Below, in pieces: positions 20,501-29,898 of a stretch of DNA of 64,000 bases. Source of the stretch: Bacteroidota bacterium (GTDB taxonomy: Bacteria > Bacteroidota > Bacteroidia > Chitinophagales > LD1); the NCBI GenBank assembly GCA_016722375.1, contig JADKJG010000004.1, positions 66,867 through 130,866 on the forward strand, given 5' to 3'. Positions within the stretch are counted from its first letter, which is position 1. Every line of letters begins with the position of its first letter. The notes under the pieces were generated by a model. It ran no database searches and was not told where the DNA came from. It saw nothing but the letters and a program-made list of their open reading frames with translations. The position numbers were made by a program, and so were the translations under genes.

Positions 20501-20662
20501 GGCGAAAAAGTTTTTGAATCAAACGACATCAACTTCCGGTGGGATGGAAAGTTCAAAGGCGTGGTGCAAAACCCCGGTGTATATGTTTACCAGTTCAAAG
20601 TAATTTTTGTGGACGGCTATACCGAGAAATTATATAAAGGAAGCGTTACGATTCTTCGCTAA
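17582..20662 (+). CDS. large SprB-repeat adhesin-like protein with gliding-motility-associated (T9SS type B) C-terminal domain
   Basis: Signal peptide MRIKAKLFYC through to VSAQ. Repeated C.G.N.G.I.A..SGG.PYTYSWN units. C-terminal FIPNVFTPNNDGVNDFF through to GVYVYQFKV. Confidence 0.8.
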   Translation: MRIKAKLFYCFLIGFASLILPNTVSAQVNCNNVDFESGTFANWTGYTGVCCPITADTVGFVSTRHTIMTGAGNDPVIPQIPVVSPYGGTYSVRLGNSSIGAQAERLTYTLNVTAANPNFTYQYAVILEDPSHTPAQQPRFQVNVMDTDGATIPCGFYNVVASGNIPGFQRTGSIVWKNWSFVAVDLSSYIGQNITVEFSTGDCDLGGHYGYAYIDASCAPLRIFTNYCPGDPIADLTAPPGFQFYQWSTGESAQAITVTNPVPGDSITVVCVPFQGVTCTSTLKYIFLQNPPVEANYSINTVCGNNQVVFSDSSTISATGAQVTGWKWIINDSIISTQPAATFSFPAAGSYDVTLIAESSYGCPDTLHKQVLIPQGLLVTANIRSGSGGFALQCIGDNNAVLKANANLGIPPYSYQWNTIPVSTGDSISNLSAGTYTVSVTDSTGCIATASAVISAPPPAVMDPVIKNVSCYNGNNGQITALMSGGTPPYTYSWNTNPPQSFQTISNLGAGSYTVTITDNNQCTTLVSSVVSEPSQLNISITSKTDNVCFGGHTGRATASASGGNAPYIYSWNTNPIQNDTAASNLSAGNYVVTATDDSLCTATTTVVINEPTKLSSTSTVDNVLCHDSAQGSIALIVSNGTAPYTYSWQPSVSTTAAAQNLKMGTYDVTITDNNGCTLSNSFIVIEPPALNIQTQSTNVLCSGNLDGTITATGVGGIPTYTYSLLQNGNTISTNTTGSFTGLGVGNYTIIFSDGNNCAVSQQLTVNEPPLISIQSIVADSVNCYGYNDGAISIVATGGVPPFEYVLNNNAPSSSGNFNNLPPGNYSITINDAGGCSLQTATNINEPPPHILSIIPDSIQMNLGESRAVQIISNFAPNVIYSWSPESGTDCPTCPNANVGTYNSLEYSIRAVAHPHQLDCEATIKLPVTVTANYDIFIPNVFTPNNDGVNDFFEYFGNKSGVKYLDVEVFNRTGEKVFESNDINFRWDGKFKGVVQNPGVYVYQFKVIFVDGYTEKLYKGSVTILR

Positions 20663-20679
20663 GCGCCGATTGCCGCCCC

Positions 20680-21961
20680 TCACTCCTTCACAAACTTCCT
20701 CACCACTCTTTGTCTGTCATCTTGCACTAGCATGAAGTACAAACCTGAGGACAAGCCAGATATATTAACTCCCGCCTCCTCACCGTTTAGGCGGCCTTGC
20801 AAAACTAACCGACCATCCGGAGTCAATATTTGGAAGCTCAGAATTGAAGAGATTGGACTTAAAGAAATTGAAATTCTCTCCCTGGCTGGATTGGGATAAA
20901 TAGTGAACATTTCATTGCCTTTAGCTTCTGTTAACCCTGTCATCAATCCACCTTTATTCTCAGTGATAAATACCCTGCCATATTCGCCGAAGGTTATCCA
21001 TTTATTTTCAGTAATTGCTACTATGTATTGAAGGGCAGGATATGCATAGCCATAAATGGCCATGTTAGCGGTGGAATCGTATGGTTCCATATCTGTATAT
21101 ACCCAGTTTTCCCCTCCATCTTCTGTTCGCATCACCCTACTTCCAAATGCTATCATGCCCAACTTCTCCGAATAAAAATGGATGTTTCGAGGATAAACAT
21201 TTCCTCCTGTGCGACCTTTTTCAAGTAATACTCTGCCCTGGATACTATCAATATGACCTTTAACCAACTTATATCGGTCGCTAATTCCAATATAGATCGA
21301 ATCGTTTAGCATACATGCATAACCTATGCCAAACATCTGATACGTCAAATTGTCACAATGTGTTTTCCAAGTCATACCTCCATCTTTAGTTGTAGTTACC
21401 CCCCAACAAAACTATAAGCCCGCATCGCTGAAACATATACCCGGAGGTATCGTTAAAAAGCGGATATCGGTAATCTCCAGCGCGTCTAAAAATTCCATGT
21501 CCATTGCCCGCCATTATAGGTGGTAAAATAAAGACCAACACCACAACCTACAATCCAGTATCTGGGTTCAAAAAATAAAGCCCGTAGGCAAAGCCCATTT
21601 TATTGCCTCTGCCCACATCAGACCATGTAGACCCGCCATCTGTAGTTTTCAAAACTGTACCAATGATTTGATAATTACCACCACCAACAGTCATATAACC
21701 GATATCATTTGTAGCAAAGAATATCCGTTTCAATGAGCCGCCAGGGTTTACAGTATCAAATGTCCATGAATATCCGCCGTCACGTGTTTTATAAAGCACT
21801 CCATTTTTTGTTGTTAAATACCCCGTATCTGTATTGATAAAATAGGCATCGTATATCTGATCTGTTACTAAAACATCATTACGCAACATGACCTTTGTCC
21901 ATTGACCGAATGAATGGATAGCGAAACAAAAACTCAGTAATAGCAAAAAGAGCGGCTTCAT
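20680..21961 (-). pseudogene. BNR/Ycf48-like beta-propeller T9SS cargo gene, disrupted by several frameshifts
   Basis: The N-terminal piece (21548-21961) has a signal peptide and the motifs DGGYSW and TDGGSTW. The C-terminal piece (20680-21375) has a Por tail. The 21376-21547 segment still reads as coding (GCGVGLYFTTYNGGQWTW) but in other frames. Confidence 0.65.
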
Positions 21962-22053
21962 TGTTTGATGAAATTAGTATTAAAAAGTTTGTTGCCAGAT
22001 TTTAATCGCAAAATATAATAGCCCTGCCCGCGTTGGTGTTCGTTTCACCAGCC

Positions 22054-23394
22054 TCACTCCTTCACAAACTTTCTCACCACCCGCTGTTTATCATCCTGTA
22101 AAACCAGAAAGTAAAGACCGGGAGAAAAAGTAGAAACATCAATTTCAACGTCTTTCTTTAGAACTGCCAGATTATCCATAATTATTTTCCCTTCCAGATT
22201 ATAAATTTGGATAAAGGCGTTGGTGGCAAGAGAATGAGAAATACAATGTAAGTGATTTGAAACAGGGCTAGGAAATATACCTACGTGAAAAGTTCCATTG
22301 TTGATTTCATCCACGCTTGTTATAGTGCTACAAGTATCCGAATAATCACCCCCCAACCACTTCGCCACATAGTTAACCGTATCTCCATCAATAGCTAAAA
22401 AGGGGCCTCCGACATAAAGTTCATTATTATATACCGCCATGCAGTTCATTGCAATTGTAAAATTCGGAATGAATTTTTGGCCTAATCCACACCATTTGTA
22501 ACCATCCCACTTCGCAATGGCCAAGATAGGTACATCCCCTATCCTTGTAAATCTCCCACATGCATATAGCTCACCGTTAAAAACCTGTAGGTCGCTGATA
22601 AAAGCGTTTAAACTGGTCATTCCTGCTCCCGCATCTTTCCATAGTGTTCCGTTCCACCGGGCGACACAAAATCCAGGATTACCAAGCGTGGTGTCAAAAC
22701 CTCCACCGATGTAAAGATCATCTTCATATATCTCAAAACTTCCCACACCGGCAGCCCCGCCTCTTATGCCGTTGCCGACCGGAAGCCATTTAGCGCCGTT
22801 CCAATAAGCCAGGCGATCAAGCACCCCATCCTTAGTCACAAAATTGCCCCCTATGTATAAATTGCCTTGATACTCTACTGCTACACCAATTGGTCCATTT
22901 CCCCAGTTAGTAGTGTCAATCGCGCTCCACGACACCCCATTCCATTTCGCAATTGATTTAGCGGCCACTCCGGCTATGCTGTCAAAAAGACCATAAACCA
23001 CCAGATCATTTTTGTAAATTGTTGTTCCAAAGATAGATCCTCCGGAAACTTTGGCAAAAGTATCTACCTGATTGCCATCCCAACTTAAAAGAGTGATCGC
23101 ACCAAAAAGAATTTTACCCTGAAATGAAGTGATGTTATAGTCTGCGTAGTATTGGTGCAAAAATGGAATAGAATCCCAATCGGTTCCGTCAAACTGGGCC
23201 GCATAATGTACAGGTATTTCACCCACTTTAGTAAAGCTTCCAGAAGCATACATTAAATTACTTGCATTATCCACTTTAAACACATCAGGGGAGAAATTAA
23301 AGCCTGTGCCGGCCTTACTCCAGTGTTGCGAAAAGGATGAAGCGGGAGAAAGCAAAACAAATCCCATGAAAATCAATCTCATTTTATTAATCAT
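22054..23394 (-). CDS. T9SS C-terminal-domain protein (repeat/propeller-like)
   Basis: Signal peptide, repeated W.G..W units and the tail GLYFLVLQDDKQRVVRKFVKE. The start overlaps the stop of the upstream gene by 8 nt. Confidence 0.7.
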   Translation of the reverse strand: MINKMRLIFMGFVLLSPASSFSQHWSKAGTGFNFSPDVFKVDNASNLMYASGSFTKVGEIPVHYAAQFDGTDWDSIPFLHQYYADYNITSFQGKILFGAITLLSWDGNQVDTFAKVSGGSIFGTTIYKNDLVVYGLFDSIAGVAAKSIAKWNGVSWSAIDTTNWGNGPIGVAVEYQGNLYIGGNFVTKDGVLDRLAYWNGAKWLPVGNGIRGGAAGVGSFEIYEDDLYIGGGFDTTLGNPGFCVARWNGTLWKDAGAGMTSLNAFISDLQVFNGELYACGRFTRIGDVPILAIAKWDGYKWCGLGQKFIPNFTIAMNCMAVYNNELYVGGPFLAIDGDTVNYVAKWLGGDYSDTCSTITSVDEINNGTFHVGIFPSPVSNHLHCISHSLATNAFIQIYNLEGKIIMDNLAVLKKDVEIDVSTFSPGLYFLVLQDDKQRVVRKFVKE

Positions 23395-26300
23395 GCTTAA
23401 CTATTTGCTTAGCGGTACGCTGACTACCTACGTTGATTACCAGAAGATATATACCATTAGTCAAATCGCTCAAATCCATCTGATAACTTAGCGCGGTATT
23501 ACTACTAGCTCTTGATGTTTTGAGAATTTGACCGGTTATTGAAAGTAATTCAAAAGAAACGTTTTCTGTTATTGAGTTAGGCAATCTAATCGTTATCGTG
23601 TTCGATGATGGATTGGGAAATACCTGCACTTCTAATCCTGATGAATAAATATCTTTCACATCGACCATCCAATGCTCGTTAAAGTTAAAACGTGCCATAA
23701 TCGCATCGGAATTGATAACCGGAGGGGCAAGTTGCCTGTAAGCATTGGAACAACATAAGGTGAAAAAATTATCAGACCAGTTAGTTGCAACTTTATAATT
23801 AGGGCTAGTTGTGCTGCCGGCTATATACCAGTAGTGATTATCGCTACTAGTGGAGTTTACAACTATCGCATTGCTTTTATCAGACAAGATACCGCCATAA
23901 TATGTGGCCCAGATTCTTTCGTTATCAGAATTAAAATAACCCAGAAAGGCATCATCATAACCAAATGCCCTAATTGATCCCTCATTATAAAACCATGGGA
24001 TGCCTGATGAGGGCTGATAAATATAAGAACTACTAGTGCTGTTTGTTTGGCCGGAAAAGAAAAGCCGGTTTTCAAAATCCACGGATAGTCCATTGATAAC
24101 ATCTTCACCCGATCCACCGTAATATGTGCCCCATTCAAAAGCTCCGGCAGCGCTCAACTTTGCCATAAATCCGTCTGAAGCTCCGCCTCCATAAATGTAG
24201 GCTCCGATACCATTATCTTGGAAATATTTTGTTCCGCTCTTGCAAACAGGAAAACCACCACTGGTTGGCTCTTCACATAAAGTTGAATTAGGTGTAGATG
24301 AAGATGTACTCCCCCCGATATAAACATTGTTATTTCCGTCTAGGGCTATTGTTCTGGCCTCGTCGTTTCCTCCACCACCAAAATAAGTACTCCAATTATT
24401 TACCCCGACAGAAGTGAAACGTGCGAGGAAAGCATCTTCGTTACCTCCGATAGTTCCTTGATTATAAGCCCCGATAGAAGCATTGTTTGTGATTGGCAAA
24501 TTACCTGTTGTTTTACCTGTTACAAATAAGTTTGAGTTGCCGTCCATAGCTATGTCATAAATATAATCATCGTCTATACCTCCAAAAAAAGTACTCCAGG
24601 TAAGCTCACCCGTAGGGTCAAACCTCGCAATGAAACCATCAGTTGCCCCGCCCTCTCCGTCGCTGTTATACGCGCCAACGGGATGGCACTTGGGAAATTC
24701 ACCATCTCCCGGAACATCACAACTGGTTGAGGAGTAAGCATTTGTCGACGTATATCCACCCACGAAAAGGTTGTTAGATCCATCGTTCGTGATGGAACGT
24801 CCCGTTTCTTCTCCGCTTCCTCCAAAATAAGTAGCCCAACGGCTTAAAGGAAGCTGACCTCCACGCGCATTATCCAATCCTACAATAAAAGCGTCTCTGC
24901 TACCTTCAAGAGCGGTTTGGTGATAAACACCGCTATTTGAAAAAGTAGGAAAGTCATCGCTTTCGGTATATCCAGTGATAAAAACTTTGCCAGTGGCCGT
25001 ACCATTCCCAATCGTTTTAATCCCATAAGATTTTTCATCTGAGGTTCCTCCCCAGTAAGTTGCCCACAGGAATCGGTCTGCATCCTCCACTACCCCTTGT
25101 GTTGCGCCATTGGCAGAACCAAATTTGGATATAAAAGCATCATAGCCTCCAGCCGAAAACCTAAATGCTCCCAAAGATACACCCTTATTAACGGGAAAAT
25201 CAGTGCTTTGCGTAAAGCCGCACACATAGACATTCCCGTCGCCATCTACTGCAAGATCTGTTCCTTCATCTGACCCTAACCCACCTAAATAAGTGGACCA
25301 GTCAGGTGAGCTTATGTGTTCAATATCGCGAGGCCCGCTTCTTTGCTCAATCACCAAATTTTTTCCATCATCAAAATCCCCCAACTCGAACCCGAACTCA
25401 TTATCTCCCAAATCTTCATAAGCAATATCCACATAAACTTTCTCATCTCCATCAAATTGATAGGCAATGAGGGTATCTTCTGATATATATGAACCACCTG
25501 CATAAATACGCAACTTGTTGGCTTCTGCAATTATGCTGTCGGCTCCGTCATACTTCAACGCTCCGGTAGAAAATGTAACCGTGGGGTCTATCACCAATAA
25601 TGATTTCATTCCCTCGCCGCTGGAATGAACCTGCCAATCTATACCGTTGTAAACATTTTTTTGAACAATTCGGCTATGCCCTTCAACTCCGGTAATAGCT
25701 TCCGGCAAATAGCCAAGAAAATAGTTCAGAAAAGCTTCTGTTTTTTCGGAAGTATAAGTTTTGAATTTTGAGTAAACATATTCTCCTCTTGATATGAAAC
25801 TCATATCTATCCGGTATAAGGTATCTGTGGTGTTTACCGTGTCATCCGGCGCGTGAAGATGTGCAGTGACATAAGATAACCTTCCATCGCCCACATACAT
25901 TTGCGGGTTTCCGGCATTGGTATAGTAAAACACGCTATCTGCTGGTAGGAGTCGGTACCTAATATTTGCCCCCGGTTTTCATAGAAGGCATAAGCCTCAT
26001 TAGCGCCAGAGGTATCTATTGGGATAAATGCGGTTGTTTGTTGGTAAAACACCGTAGCATATACCGTATCCACAGGTCCGGTGCTGCGCCCTGTCACTAG
26101 TAAAAAAAACCGACTGACTAATTGCTCAATATATGTGCCACCCCAGGTCTTGGCAAAACTGTAAGCTACATCATCACAATCCGCACAGCGACTGTATGTT
26201 TTTGTCCACTGCGCAGCGACATCCGCCTGATAGCTACTGGTCAGGAAGTTGATATGGCTGCCATTCTGAATACCTCCGGTAATAAAAACATTGCTGCTGT

Positions 26301-27418
26301 CATCCATCGCAACCGCATTGGCTATAGCAATACCCCCGGGAATGGAGGAAGTAATTGTCCTGTCCCATAAGAAAGTACTGTCGCTTTGATATGTCAGCGC
26401 TACAGCATTTTTTTCGCCAGTGTATTTGATCGCCGTAGCAGAAACGGCCAAAACTTGTGTAAATGGATTATAGGCCAATCCGGTGGGTAGCGTAGCAACA
26501 CTACCCGGCGCTCTCCATTCTTCCACCCATTTTACGTTTAGCCCTACATCAAATTTCATCAGTTTTACATGCGGATCTAATCCGGCAGAATCAGCCAGAG
26601 CCAACAGGTAAATATCACGAGTGACGCCATCTACGGCTATATCTATGGCTTTCGTAAATTGATTTCTATCATTGCTTCCATAATTGATATGGTCAATTTC
26701 CCCATCATCTTTATAAAATGCTACCATCTGAGGTATCCACTCCGTGGTGCTGACTCCCACTCCGCCAATCAATCCAATACAAGGCCCGCCCCCTATTTGT
26801 TGAGCTATAACTTCATCTTTCAATAACCGGACAGCAACATCCGGAGCCCCTACACTGTCGTGATATGCAATCCATATTTCATTTCCGGCAGTGTCATATT
26901 TCAGTAAGGTGAGCATGTAATCATCTACGTCCGTCTGCTCGGTCACCGCCACATAAACAAATCCCGAATCATCTACGAGCATCGAGGAGGAAATATCGTC
27001 ACCCTCATAATCACCCTCATAATACTGTACCCAAAGCACATTCCCTTCGTTATCTACCCTACCGAAAATGACATCTCTGGAATCAGGTTCACCAAAAGTG
27101 CCCACTAAGTAAATATCATCTCCCTTTACTACCGCATCAGTAGCATAGGCTTCTACATTTTCAAGCATGGTTTCCCAAAGCACCACCCTCAGAGTCATAT
27201 TTGCGAATGGCAATGTTATCTCCCAAAAGCGTGGAATAATCGCTGGTGATGACAATGGTATTATCCTCCTGATCTACATAGTTAAGGATATGATAGTCGG
27301 CTTGGTTAGCTATCGAGCTGGTAAGCGCCCATCGCTGATTTAACAGAGTTTGAGAAAATGAATTGCTAAAAATTAAGGATAGGAGTGTAATAACTCCAAG
27401 ATGTAAAACTGTTTTCAT
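23387..27418 (-). pseudogene. about 1340-aa SBBP (beta-propeller) repeat T9SS cargo gene split into three ORFs by two frameshifts (as assembled)
   Basis: ORFs 27161-27418 (signal peptide), 25834-27255 and 23387-25933 are contiguous in sense. They carry repeated D.GN.YV.G.T.S.DFP-type units and a Por tail (VFPNPSSNTITIRL, GIYLLVINV). Confidence 0.7.
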
Positions 27419-27662
27419 TGTATTTATTTTGAGGTTAATAAATCAACTCATGTACCGCTAAACAATATTCAAAATCTCTACATTCCTATCTATCTAAATG
27501 CGGCGTATTTTATACCAATTGAACAGCAAGCTAAATTTATTTTTGTATTTGGTAAGCTTTGTTTTTTAACAGTCCTTGGCTTTATCCTTTAAATAGCTTA
27601 TCTCGTCATTGAAATCCACAAACCCCATATTGTTTTCCCCCATTTTCAATCACTTAATTTCT

Positions 27663-27876
27663 ATTCGCAGCAAGTCAGCGGCTATTCGTAACAGAATGAA
27701 AGCTAAGCGTGGCAGCTTAAACTTCAATCGTAACAGAATAGACATTAATCGTAGCAAGTTAAAGTCTATTCGGAAAAAAAAAAAAAGTAGCGGTATAGCT
27801 TCTAATCGTAGCAGAATGAAAGCTAATTCGTAACAGATTAGACTTTAATCTAGCAGAATAGAAGCTAATCGGTGCT
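27663..27876. repeat. tandem array of about 11 copies with about 21-bp period, core AATCGTARCA
   Basis: Cores at 27663, 27684, 27705, 27726, 27747, 27768, (27789), 27804, 27826, 27847 and 27867. The phase is broken once, by an A13 tract at 27774-27786. Confidence 0.85.
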
Positions 27877-28129
27877 AGTTCATGTCTGTTTGCAGGTTAG
27901 CTTTGGGTTTATATAATTTGGTTAGCCAAATGTTCCATAACCATAAGGCTAATTAGCGGCATTGACCGCTTTATTATATGTATTAGCCTAAAAATAAAGT
28001 ACTATTAGTATAATACAAAGTATATGTTTTATAATATGCTTATAAAAATGAAACAAGCTGAAATGTACTGCCGTATAATATTGTATATGCTTTTGCTTTA
28101 TGTACATAATATCGTTCTTGTAAATAAAC

Positions 28130-28215
28130 AGAGGGGAATGAAGTCCCGCTTTAAAAAACTTCTACTATGGTTTCACCAAAAGAGAGGAATGAAGTCTCGC
28201 TTGAAAAAACTTCTA
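28130..28215 (+). promoter_or_regulatory. duplicated 35-nt leader element (two copies, 51-bp offset) upstream of paralogue P2
   Basis: AGAGGGGAATGAAGTCCCGCTTTAAAAAACTTCTA (28130-28164) versus AGAGAGGAATGAAGTCTCGCTTGAAAAAACTTCTA (28181-28215). Both form a small stem, and the stem carries one compensatory G:C to A:T change between the copies. Confidence 0.45.
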
Positions 28216-28241
28216 AACTTGTTCAACAAAAACTAAATGTC

Positions 28242-28850
28242 ATGAAACTAAAAATGGGCTTTTTAGGATTGAGTATCGCTGAGGTGATAGATAGATCCAC
28301 GCTTATAGTGACTAAGATGACGGGAAACCCGAACTTTCCCACACCTGATCCGACGCTGGCTGATGTAACGACCGCTGCGGATGCACTTCTGGCTGCGTAC
28401 AACAATTCGCGCGACGGAGGTAAGACACTGACAGCCACCATGCGTTTGCGCCTGAAAGAGCTAATGGAGCTTAACAGGAAGCTGGCAGCGTATGTGCAGG
28501 CAGAGTCTTCGGGGGGTGAGGAAATCATCTTGTCCAGTGGTTTTGACGTGGTAAGGAGAGGTGATCCTACTCAGGTGGCGCAGGTGCATAACCTGCGCCT
28601 CCAACACGGCATTCCTGTCGGTAGCATTCGTGCTATCTGGGACAGAGTCGTGGGAGCGGGTGCCTATGTAGTGGAGCTTTCGGATACGGATGCCAATGGT
28701 CCGTTCAGTTTCCACCTTTGCACACTCAAAACCCGGTTAGATTTCACTGGTTTGGTGCCTGGTAAATTGTACTGGATACGTATCTACGCAGTAGGTCGTC
28801 ACAGTACCGGATTGCCGAGCGACATCAGTGTACACACCGCGAGCATCTAA
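28242..28850 (+). CDS. hypothetical protein with helical N-domain and FN3-like C-terminal domain (paralogue P2)
   Basis: The start is taken at MKLKMGFLGLS. Motifs TKMTGNPNFPTPDPTLADV and AAYVQAESSGGEEIILSSGF. FN3-like tail LYWIRIYAVG. Confidence 0.75.
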   Translation: MKLKMGFLGLSIAEVIDRSTLIVTKMTGNPNFPTPDPTLADVTTAADALLAAYNNSRDGGKTLTATMRLRLKELMELNRKLAAYVQAESSGGEEIILSSGFDVVRRGDPTQVAQVHNLRLQHGIPVGSIRAIWDRVVGAGAYVVELSDTDANGPFSFHLCTLKTRLDFTGLVPGKLYWIRIYAVGRHSTGLPSDISVHTASI

Positions 28851-28931
28851 CATGTTGGAGTCCGCCCTTGGCGGACTATTTCAAAAAAAATGATTCACAT
28901 CATTTTCGTCACAGGCTCTTATAGCCTGAAT

Positions 28932-28966
28932 GAAAGTCCCGCCGAGGCGGGACTTTCTGTTTTTAA
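28932..28966 (+). terminator. rho-independent terminator
   Basis: GAAAGTCCCGCC-ga-GGCGGGACTTTC followed by TGTTTTT. A weaker hairpin, AGTCCGC-ccttg-GCGGACT, lies at 28859-28877. Confidence 0.75.
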
Positions 28967-29088
28967 TCGAAAATTAACTTGATTGGAAGAGAATATGGAA
29001 AAAGAAACAATCTCCGCCAATTTGTATACCTTCAAAACTTCCCTACTGCTTAAATTCTTTTTTCTTTGCGACAATCAAAACAGAAGGG

Positions 29089-29832
29089 ATGTTATTAAAA
29101 AACAAAACAGCACTCATCACCGGCGGCTCCCGCGGAATTGGCTATGCCCTCGTCAAGCGGTTTGTCGCCGAAGGATGCAACGTGGCTTTCACCTACCTAA
29201 GCTCGGATGAAAAAGCAAAAAAGTTTGAAGAAGAACTGGCTGCTTCGGGTGTCAAAGCCAAGGCATATAAAAGTGATGCAGGCTCCTATTCCGATTCCGA
29301 AAAGTTAGTCGAGGAAGTGGTAAAAGAATTTGGAACGATAGATATATTGGTGAATAATGCAGGCATTACACGCGACAACTTAATCCTTCGGATGAATGAA
29401 CAGCAGTGGGATGAAGTGATAGCCGCCAATCTGAAATCTGTTTTCAACCTGACCAAACACGTATCGAAAGTGATGTTGAAGAATAGAAACGGTTCCATCA
29501 TCAACCTCACATCCATTGTGGGAGTCAAGGGCCAAGCCGGCCAATCAAACTACGCAGCATCCAAAGCCGGAATCATCGGGTTCACCAAATCTATTGCCGA
29601 AGAATTTGGCTCGCGCAATATCCGTTGCAACGCCATCGCGCCCGGTTTCATCGAAACCGACATGACCGCTGTGCTGCCCGAAGAAACACGGAAAAACATT
29701 CTCGCTCAGGTGCCTATGAAACGCATGGGGCAGCCCGAAGAAGTGGCGAGCGTAGCGGTGTTTCTCGGCTGCGACCTGTCGAGTTATGTTTCGGGACAGG
29801 TCATCAGCGTATGCGGAGCGATGAGTCGCTAA
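29089..29832 (+). CDS. fabG: 3-oxoacyl-[ACP] reductase
   Basis: SDR motifs TGGSRGIG, NNAG and YAASKAG. 247 aa. Confidence 0.85.
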   Translation: MLLKNKTALITGGSRGIGYALVKRFVAEGCNVAFTYLSSDEKAKKFEEELAASGVKAKAYKSDAGSYSDSEKLVEEVVKEFGTIDILVNNAGITRDNLILRMNEQQWDEVIAANLKSVFNLTKHVSKVMLKNRNGSIINLTSIVGVKGQAGQSNYAASKAGIIGFTKSIAEEFGSRNIRCNAIAPGFIETDMTAVLPEETRKNILAQVPMKRMGQPEEVASVAVFLGCDLSSYVSGQVISVCGAMSR

Positions 29833-29898
29833 GATACATCTCCCTCGCGGAGACCGGCCCATTTGATATTGGTTAATATTACTCCCTAAAACTTCATT

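Noticed and set aside
20662-20710. A near-identical approximately 30-nt stretch at the 3' ends of genes 20680-21375 and 22054-23394, considered as a mobile repeat.
   Set aside because: It encodes the shared RVVRKFVKE end of two paralogous T9SS sorting tails. Similarity decays at synonymous sites immediately upstream, so this is ordinary paralogy.
27609-27833. ORF 27609-27833 encodes a very basic heptad-periodic 74-aa peptide across array 2.
   Set aside because: Again a by-product of the 21-bp repeat. It includes the A13 tract read as KKKK and shows no sign of selection at the protein level.
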